Shown piece after piece: positions 1 through 5,070 of a stretch of 8,888 bases of DNA (position 1 is its first letter; each line of letters opens with the position of its first letter). Origin of the DNA: Candidatus Woesearchaeota archaeon (GTDB lineage: Archaea; Nanobdellota; Nanobdellia; Woesearchaeales; DATGWN01); contig JBLKOV010000011.1 in NCBI GenBank assembly GCA_047603085.1, positions 1-8,888 of the forward strand. The letters are read 5' to 3'. Made by a program: the position numbers and the translations under genes. The notes below the pieces were generated by a model. That model did not search any database. It saw only the letters and a program-made list of their open reading frames with translations, and had not been told where the DNA came from.

Positions 1-56
1 TTTTATTCTTTTTAAACTTATATAACTTTTTATATAAAAAACTAAAAATGCTGTTA

Positions 57-76
57 TTTATAAAAAAATTTATAAA
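57..76 (+). promoter_or_regulatory. Candidate archaeal TATA box(es) for the 99-1977 cassette
   Basis: Two tandem exact TTTATAAA octamers (57-64 and 69-76), each preceded by an A-rich run, lie 23-35 nt upstream of the ATG at 99. GGAG is at 93-96. The same octamer sits in promoter position before four other transcription units in this window. Confidence 0.35.
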
Positions 77-98
77 CGTATTTTAATAAAATGGAGTT

Positions 99-1001
99 AT
101 GTATAAAAAAAGCATATTGCTTATTATTTTTAGTATTTCATTATTTTTTGTTGCATTTTCACAAGCTCCGATCGGAGGCCATCATTTTTCAGAATTGTAT
201 TTAGGTCCAATTCACATAGAAAATGAAAAAGTCGGTATTTTAACTAAAACACCTGAATTTGCATTAGATGTCAATGGAACAGCACGATTTACAGAATTAT
301 GTACACTTCATGGTTGTATAACAGATTGGTTAGGTTTTGGTAATCTTATGAGTACTTATGTCATTAATATAACTGAAGAGCACGTAAATCTTAATTTATG
401 GGATTATTTTGTACAAGAGGGTGTGAGTTTGATTTCGTATCAACGAGTTTTATTTAATATTTACGGGGTAGTTGGTTCCACAAGTACGAGTTTACCTGCA
501 ATTACTATTGGGTCTTGGCCTGTAGAAACGGCTATTATTGAAATTCATATTCAACCTTCAGGAATAGTTGTAGGTGCTGGTGGAAAAGGTAATTATGGAC
601 CAGGACAAATGGGTGGAGATGCAATTCATATAAATACTGAAGTTTTTTTACGAAATGAGGGACTTATAGCTGGTGGTGGTGGAGCTGGTGGTGGAGCAAG
701 AGTTTGTGGACTTCTTATTCACGGATGTGCCGCTAAAATATATGTAAGAGGTGGAAATGGAGCAGGCTTTGAAGAATTACAAGGGGCGACATTATATACG
801 GGGGAACAGATTGATTGTCCTAATGGTGAAGGATTTACTTGTGAAGTAATCTCTCGAGGTGGAAATCTAGGTAAAATAGGTCAATTTGGTTCGGGTAGAT
901 TTAATTCAAATATAGGTGGTGAACCAGGTAAGGCGATACGGTATATTCATGAAAGTGGTATTCAGTCAATAATAATTAATACGGGGGAGATAATTCATTG
1001 A
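99..1001 (+). CDS. Secreted glycine-rich protein, family not recognised (300 aa)
   Basis: Long ORF in an otherwise tightly packed window. The N-terminus MYKKSILLIIFSISLFFVAFSQA looks like a Sec signal peptide (KK n-region, hydrophobic core, FSQA cleavage-like end). Residues 26-78 form a module shared with the ORF at 1711-1977. Residues about 155-278 are glycine-rich (GAGGKGNYGPGQMGGD, AGGGGAGGGA, RGGNGAG, GSGRFNSNIGGEPG). There are three local Cys pairs (C-x4-C, C-x6-C, C-x7-C). The stop codon overlaps the next gene's start. Confidence 0.8.
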   Translation: MYKKSILLIIFSISLFFVAFSQAPIGGHHFSELYLGPIHIENEKVGILTKTPEFALDVNGTARFTELCTLHGCITDWLGFGNLMSTYVINITEEHVNLNLWDYFVQEGVSLISYQRVLFNIYGVVGSTSTSLPAITIGSWPVETAIIEIHIQPSGIVVGAGGKGNYGPGQMGGDAIHINTEVFLRNEGLIAGGGGAGGGARVCGLLIHGCAAKIYVRGGNGAGFEELQGATLYTGEQIDCPNGEGFTCEVISRGGNLGKIGQFGSGRFNSNIGGEPGKAIRYIHESGIQSIIINTGEIIH

Positions 1002-1714
1002 ATGAAAAATTTCTTTTTGGAACGATTGGTATATTAATATGTAGTAATTTATTGTTAGTTGGCATCATTTTTTTTAGTTCAAGTCAATTAGAGGAATCAG
1101 AAGATTATCATATTCAACTTTTAGAATCACAATTAATTGATGATGAGTATAGCATATTTATTGCATCTTACAATTTAAATCACGAGGATTGTTTGATTCT
1201 AGATGAAAATCTTCAAAATAGATGTTCAGAGAATGTAGAAAATGGTTTATTTTCTGAAGCATTACTTCAAAATTCAACAAATTATTGTGAAAGTATACGG
1301 TCTGATACACTCCGCGAATCTTGTCTTTTTGAAGTATTACGACAAATAGATTCTTCTGAAATATCATGTACTTCTTTTCAAGGGGAATTACAGTTGGATT
1401 GTGCTAATCACTTATTAATACAAGGTCATAATGAAGATATTTGTAGTACGCTAGAACAAACGTTTCAAGATGAATGTTATATAACTGCGTCAATTATACA
1501 TGAAAAATCGTTTTGTGATTTAATACAAAATGATGTTGAAACTAAACTATGCGAAGTTTTTTTTACACATGATTTAACATCTTGTGAGAATATTCCGCGA
1601 TCTTTGCAAAATAATTGTTATATGTTATATTCTTTAGGTTCAGAGGATACAAATGCTTGTCAAAAAATAACAGATGATTTTATGCGAAATAGTTGTCTTA
1701 AAGGTGAACTATGA
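998..1714 (+). CDS. N-terminally membrane-anchored cysteine-repeat protein (238 aa), family not recognised
   Basis: A TTG start at 998 overlaps the upstream TGA (TTGA). There is no in-frame ATG until residue 209, so the TTG or another non-ATG start is required. Residues about 5-27 (FLFGTIGILICSNLLLVGIIFFS) form one hydrophobic helix. Residues 62-238 carry 14 Cys arranged as seven C-x10/11-C pairs with a period of 23-32 aa. The 3' end overlaps the next ATG (ATGA). Confidence 0.8.
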   Translation: MNEKFLFGTIGILICSNLLLVGIIFFSSSQLEESEDYHIQLLESQLIDDEYSIFIASYNLNHEDCLILDENLQNRCSENVENGLFSEALLQNSTNYCESIRSDTLRESCLFEVLRQIDSSEISCTSFQGELQLDCANHLLIQGHNEDICSTLEQTFQDECYITASIIHEKSFCDLIQNDVETKLCEVFFTHDLTSCENIPRSLQNNCYMLYSLGSEDTNACQKITDDFMRNSCLKGEL

Positions 1715-1977
1715 GGCTGAAAAACATACTAAAATATATTTTAGTCATAGTTTCTTGTATCTTGTTATTTTCAAGCATTTCTTTAGCTTTAACTGAAACA
1801 GACATATTAATTTTATATGGTCACCATTATTCTGAATTGTATTTAGGTCCAATTCAAATAGTGGATAACAATGTAGGAATTCTTACATCAAATCCTGAAT
1901 TTTTATTAGATATTAATGAATCCGTACGATTTCGTGCAATATGTCTAAATGATGCATGTGTAGGCGATCTAGATTAG
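1711..1977 (+). CDS. Small secreted protein (88 aa), a stand-alone paralog of the N-terminal module of the 99-1001 protein
   Basis: The ATG overlaps the upstream stop (ATGA). A signal-peptide-like N-terminus (MRLKNILKYILVIVSCILLFSSISLA) is followed by GHHYSELYLGPIQIVDNNVGILTSNPEFLLDINESVRFRAICLNDACVGDL. This aligns by hand at roughly half identity to residues 27-77 of the first ORF, including the C-x4-C pair. Confidence 0.75.
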   Translation: MRLKNILKYILVIVSCILLFSSISLALTETDILILYGHHYSELYLGPIQIVDNNVGILTSNPEFLLDINESVRFRAICLNDACVGDLD

Positions 1978-1992
1978 CATATTTGATTAATA

Positions 1993-2016
1993 AATGGTGA
2001 GTATAAACCATTTTTT
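1993..2016 (+). terminator. Hairpin plus T-tract downstream of the cassette
   Basis: AATGGT (1993-1998) pairs with ACCATT (2007-2012) across an 8-nt loop and runs into TTTTTT (2011-2016), 16 nt after the TAG at 1975-1977. T-tracts are the usual archaeal termination signal. Confidence 0.45.
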
Positions 2017-2045
2017 GTTTATATAGTATTGTGGGACATTAGATT

Positions 2046-2066
2046 GTTTTGAGTCAAACTCAAAAC
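2046..2066. repeat. Perfect 9-bp inverted repeat with 3-nt spacer in the convergent intergenic region
   Basis: GTTTTGAGT caa ACTCAAAAC lies between the 3' end of the plus-strand cassette and the 3' end of tRNA-Gln. The sequence feature is certain but its function is unknown. Confidence 0.5.
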
Positions 2067-2110
2067 TTCAAGACGTTAGTCGCAGAATGTTCAAATACGA
2101 GCAAAAAAAG

Positions 2111-2183
2111 TAGTCCCGCTCGGATTTGAACCGAGGTCACCTGGACCAAAACCAGATATGATTGGCCGCTACACTACGGGACT
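2111..2183 (-). tRNA. tRNA-Gln (anticodon UUG)
   Basis: Hand-folded from the reverse complement: AGTCCCG TA GTGT AGCGGCCAA TCAT A TCTGG TTTTGGT CCAGG TGAC CTCGG TTCAAAT CCGAG CGGGACT A. The 7-bp acceptor, 5-bp anticodon and 5-bp T stems are all complementary. It has U33, anticodon TTG, G37 and a TTCAAAT T-loop. No CCA is encoded, and the 3' end is followed by T7 (plus-strand A-run 2103-2109). Confidence 0.9.
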
Positions 2184-2207
2184 CTATAAGTGTGAACAGC
2201 TAACCAA

Positions 2208-2215
2208 TTTATAAA
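2208..2215 (-). promoter_or_regulatory. TATA box for tRNA-Gln
   Basis: TTTATAAA has an upstream AAAAAAC (BRE-like) on the minus strand and lies 24 nt upstream of the mature tRNA 5' end at 2183. This is typical archaeal TATA-to-start spacing. Confidence 0.5.
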
Positions 2216-2252
2216 GTTTTTTACTTCAAATTTTTGAAAACACGTGATGAAT

Positions 2253-2681
2253 CTATTGATCCTCATCCTTTACACGTTGTGTGATACGATTGAGTTCGTT
2301 AATATTTCGCGTAAATTGTGGCATAATTTCACCAAAAGCTTTTTCCATGGCTTTGAGTTGTGAACCGACATTTAAGACATTTTTGTCGTATTCACCAACT
2401 TTTCCCACAATGGATTTTTGCAGACTGTCATAATCAGATCGTATATCTTTCAAATTTTGCTCTAATTGTGTGACTCGTTGATCTACTTTATCTTTCCAAT
2501 TAATAATTTTGACAATATTTTTTTCAATATCTTTCCATTTCTCATCAATAACAGCTTCTATAAGCTCTTCTATTTGTGTAAGATCGCTATCATCCTGCGC
2601 ATTCTGATTTGGTTGAGGGGGCATACCCATTGGCGGCATCCCTGGTTGTGGAAAGTTTGGTGGTGGCGGTGGATTCATCAT
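2253..2681 (-). CDS. Proline-rich N-terminus plus coiled-coil protein (142 aa), function unknown
   Basis: This is the last ORF of the operon. GAGGT lies 4 nt before the first ATG and 7 nt before the second. The N-terminus is MMNPPPPPNFPQPGMPPMGMPPQPNQ, followed by about 110 aa of heptad-like charged helical sequence (IEELIEAVIDEKWKDIEKNIVKIINWKDKVDQRVTQLEQNLKDIRSDYDSLQKSI...). No family recognised. Confidence 0.8.
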   Translation of the reverse strand: MMNPPPPPNFPQPGMPPMGMPPQPNQNAQDDSDLTQIEELIEAVIDEKWKDIEKNIVKIINWKDKVDQRVTQLEQNLKDIRSDYDSLQKSIVGKVGEYDKNVLNVGSQLKAMEKAFGEIMPQFTRNINELNRITQRVKDEDQ

Positions 2682-2688
2682 ATATACC

Positions 2689-2856
2689 TCATTTTTCTTT
2701 TTTTATTGGTCCTTGTTCATGTATTATATCTACTACTTTAAAAATTTCACTCAAATTCGCACCTTTTTTTTCAAAATGTGCAATAATTTCAGTTTCAACT
2801 AAACCTTGAATTTCTAATTCACGAAACTCTTGAATAAGGGTTGAAAGTGGATTCAT
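2689..2856 (-). CDS. Small ORF (55 aa) absent from the supplied ORF track, function unknown
   Basis: My own translation of the minus strand gives MNPLSTLIQEFRELEIQGLVETEIIAHFEKKGANLSEIFKVVDIIHEQGPIKKEK*. Its ATG (2856-2854) overlaps the dphB stop TGA (2855-2853) as ATGA. An in-frame TAA lies 3 codons upstream, so this is the first possible start. Its own TGA is embedded in the TGAGGT Shine-Dalgarno site of the next gene. It fills what would otherwise be a 171-nt gap in an operon whose other gaps are 20 nt or less. Confidence 0.55.
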   Translation of the reverse strand: MNPLSTLIQEFRELEIQGLVETEIIAHFEKKGANLSEIFKVVDIIHEQGPIKKEK

Positions 2857-3668
2857 TTTTTGATTTTATACAATTCGAGCATTTCTTCTTCGTGAAAGTG
2901 CATATTTTGTGCAGGAATAATAAGAGAATGAAGTGGTTCACCAAAATGAATTGTCTGTAGTTCTTCTACAGTCCCAAACACGATTTTTTGTGTTTCTTGT
3001 CCAAGTCGAGCTACACCAATAATTTTTGTATTTTGTGTAAAAATATTTTCTTTTCGCTCACGTTCGATTTCTTGCAATTGCGTAATTGCTTGTTGTATTG
3101 TCATAAAACGTGGTTTTTGTGGTTGATAGTTTTCCTTTGCAAGATCTATTTTTGATGGCTCTGCGACTTTAATATCAAGTAAACAGAGTGTATGAAGATT
3201 CTGTTTTTGATTCTCTTTTATGACATCGTATGCTGTTTGGGGTTTCCAATCTGGCTCAAAAAATACGAGGGATGTTGTTTTTCCAAACTTATAGAGTTGT
3301 AAGCCCGTACACCCTACCGCAGTGAGTATGGAGGCATTATATGTAATATCTGTTTGAATATGTTCTTGCGTTGCGCGAAGATAGAGATCAGAGTGAGTTG
3401 TTGCACTAAAAACATCACCTATGACTAAAAATGCTACTTTTTTTTCTTTTGCATCTTTAATAATACGATTATCTTCTGCTTCTACAATATTTCTTGTTGC
3501 TAAAATAATGTCTTTTTGAAAAAAATCTTCAAGTTCTTCTTTTGTTGAAAGAAACATTGAGGTATAATACTCGAGATAGACGACATCAGAATTTTGTACT
3601 TTTTGTAAACCTCGAACAGTAATATCGTGTTTATCACCTAAACCAAGACTTATAAATGAAAGGCTCAT
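2853..3668 (-). CDS. dphB: Diphthine synthase (diphthamide biosynthesis methyltransferase, tetrapyrrole-methylase fold)
   Basis: Hallmark motifs match my memory of archaeal DphB: an N-terminal FISLGLGDKHDITVRGL...VYLEYYTS, then VIGDVFSATTHSDL, NASILTAVGCTGLQLYKFG, LHTLCLLDIK and a C-terminal GEPLHSLIIP. At 271 aa the length is typical. Confidence 0.95.
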   Translation of the reverse strand: MSLSFISLGLGDKHDITVRGLQKVQNSDVVYLEYYTSMFLSTKEELEDFFQKDIILATRNIVEAEDNRIIKDAKEKKVAFLVIGDVFSATTHSDLYLRATQEHIQTDITYNASILTAVGCTGLQLYKFGKTTSLVFFEPDWKPQTAYDVIKENQKQNLHTLCLLDIKVAEPSKIDLAKENYQPQKPRFMTIQQAITQLQEIERERKENIFTQNTKIIGVARLGQETQKIVFGTVEELQTIHFGEPLHSLIIPAQNMHFHEEEMLELYKIKK

Positions 3669-3688
3669 AAAGAAAAAAGAAAAAAGCT

Positions 3689-3889
3689 TTACGCTTTTTT
3701 AAATTTTGCAACTTCGTCAATTAATTCTACATGACCAATAAATGTTGATCGTGTAGCAAAGTTTGTGATGCCAAATTCGTCTAAGACTTTTTCAGCATCT
3801 TCACCTTTGTTATTGACTCGTTCGTTGTACTCTTCCCACAGGTGACCAATTGGTTTACCTGTAGCTTGACATCGTATTGGAAACATCAT
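3689..3889 (-). CDS. rpoN: DNA-directed RNA polymerase subunit N (Rpo10)
   Basis: The 66-aa product starts MMFPIRCQATGKPIGHLWEEY and ends ...GHVELIDEV. This matches the RpoN/Rpb10 pattern (MIPVRCFTCGK...W..Y...RYCCRRM..HVDLI) and sits in the canonical position after rps9. GAGGT lies 8 nt upstream. Three of the four canonical zinc ligands are substituted (see findings). Confidence 0.9.
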   Translation of the reverse strand: MMFPIRCQATGKPIGHLWEEYNERVNNKGEDAEKVLDEFGITNFATRSTFIGHVELIDEVAKFKKA

Positions 3890-3901
3890 TGTAGGATACC
3901 T

Positions 3902-4303
3902 CTAACGATACGATTTCTGTCTCTTTGAACGCGCTTTTCCGCGACAGTTAGGTTTTCGAGACTCTCTTCGTCGTACATCTGCTACTAACAATAATCTATC
4001 ATAGTTTGCATATCGTTCTTTGATATCTTCGTTTTCCGTATACGCAACAATTCCTCGACCAATAGCTAATCTTGCTGCATCAGCTTGTCCTGTTGGACCT
4101 CCTCCTGCAACTCGAACAGAAATGTCGATTTTTTGAACTTCTTTTTCTGCTAAAATTAATGCTTCTTGAATTTTTATTCGGAGGTATTTTGGTTCGAATA
4201 AATCAAGCGGTTTTCCATTAATTTTTACCATACCAGTTCCTTTTTTGAGTGTTGCTCGTGCAATAGCACGTTTTCGTGTTCCTGAAACATTTATGACTTT
4301 CAT
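3902..4303 (-). CDS. rps9: 30S ribosomal protein uS9 (S9P)
   Basis: Contains VSGTRKRAIARATLKKG, VRVAGGGPTGQADAARLAIGRG and the C-terminus RKPNCRGKARSKRQKSYR, all typical of uS9. The track starts the ORF at a GTG (4312). I prefer the ATG at 4303-4301 because AGGTG lies 6 nt upstream of it and it follows the rpl13 TAA (4307-4305) by one base. Confidence 0.93.
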   Translation of the reverse strand: MKVINVSGTRKRAIARATLKKGTGMVKINGKPLDLFEPKYLRIKIQEALILAEKEVQKIDISVRVAGGGPTGQADAARLAIGRGIVAYTENEDIKERYANYDRLLLVADVRRRESRKPNCRGKARSKRQKSYR

Positions 4304-4304
4304 T

Positions 4305-4718
4305 TTATGCACCTAATTTCTTGGAGATTTCTCCTAACGCTACGAACTTGAGTACGCCTACTTTTGAGATATGTGCTGTTTCAATTGTAGTCGCTTTTTC
4401 TTCTTTTAACGATTCAGGTACGCCTGAGTAACATCGTACTCTTGCAAAAGCTTCTTTACCCATAGCTTTCTTGTATGGAATCATACCACGAATTGTTCGT
4501 TTTAGCATTGCGTGTGCTTGTCTTTGTACAAAAGGACCTTTACTTGGAGTCCCTCTATGAAATTGTTGAAGGTATTTTTGAAATACTTGTGTTGCATTTC
4601 CTGTAAAAACAGCTTTTTCAGCATTAATTACATGAACTTCTTCGCCAAGTAAAGCTAACTTTGCAACTTTTGTTGCAAGTCGTCCAACAATTAAATCTGT
4701 TGCATCTATTACGATCAT
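4305..4718 (-). CDS. rpl13: 50S ribosomal protein uL13 (L13P)
   Basis: MIVIDATDLIVGRLATKVAKLALLGEEVHVINAEKAVFTG... is the characteristic archaeal uL13 N-terminus. The gene sits in the canonical position between rpl18e and rps9. Confidence 0.95.
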   Translation of the reverse strand: MIVIDATDLIVGRLATKVAKLALLGEEVHVINAEKAVFTGNATQVFQKYLQQFHRGTPSKGPFVQRQAHAMLKRTIRGMIPYKKAMGKEAFARVRCYSGVPESLKEEKATTIETAHISKVGVLKFVALGEISKKLGA

Positions 4719-4722
4719 TTTC

Positions 4723-5070
4723 TTACCCTATTATCCGAAGTTTATTCCCTTTCGGATTTTTTTTCATTTCTTCAACGATTGTTTTACATGTGCCTTTTTG
4801 CGCAAGAATTTTTTCTTTTGCAGTTTGACTAAATTCATATGCTACAACTCGTATTGCTTTGTCCGTTTCTCCTACACCGAGTACTTTTCCTGGAACAATC
4901 ATTGTTTCGCCATCTTTTGCATATTGCGCAAGTTTAGAAACATTTACTGTTCTTCGAGATCTCGTAGGTTTTTGGAGTTCTTGTGCAATTCGTTTCCAAA
5001 TTGCAACTTTTTGTTTTTTTGAGAGTATTTCCAAATCTCGTATTATTGATTGCAAATATTCATTTTTCAT
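4723..5070 (-). CDS. rpl18e: 50S ribosomal protein eL18 (L18e)
   Basis: IWKRIAQELQKPTRSRRTVNVSKLAQYAKDGETMIVPGKVLGVGE...NPKGNKLRIIG matches the archaeal L18e pattern. The ATG overlaps the rpoD stop (ATGA), and the gene is in its canonical position after rpoD. Confidence 0.9.
   Translation of the reverse strand: MKNEYLQSIIRDLEILSKKQKVAIWKRIAQELQKPTRSRRTVNVSKLAQYAKDGETMIVPGKVLGVGETDKAIRVVAYEFSQTAKEKILAQKGTCKTIVEEMKKNPKGNKLRIIG

Noticed and set aside
669-695. Near-tandem GCTGGTGGTGG(T)GGA repeat, a possible microsatellite or contingency locus
   Set aside because: There are only two imperfect units. It is in frame and simply encodes the AGGGGAGGG run of the glycine-rich domain. There is no evidence of phase variability from a single sequence.
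1158-1367. 69-aa minus-strand ORF inside the Cys-repeat gene
   Set aside because: It lies entirely antisense to a longer, better-supported ORF. It has no start context or promoter, and its composition is typical of a shadow frame in AT-rich DNA.
2018-2066. TTTATATA (2018-2025) about 21 nt upstream of the perfect 9-bp hairpin, considered as a tiny plus-strand sRNA gene
   Set aside because: Such a transcript would run antisense into tRNA-Gln with no terminator in between. The hairpin is equally well explained as a bidirectional transcription-end or insulating structure between convergent units. It is kept only as a repeat feature.
2640-2681. PPPPP run at the start of the coiled-coil protein, considered as a functional link to neighbouring translation-factor modification (dphB)
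   Set aside because: Polyproline stalling is relieved by aIF5A (hypusine), not by diphthamide on EF-2. The adjacency is therefore not a meaningful functional link.
2466-2809. Plus-strand ORFs 2466-2741 and 2609-2809
   Set aside because: They are antisense shadows of the coiled-coil gene and the 55-aa ORF. The W/H/L/F-rich nonsense composition mirrors the Pro- and Glu/Lys-rich sense frame.
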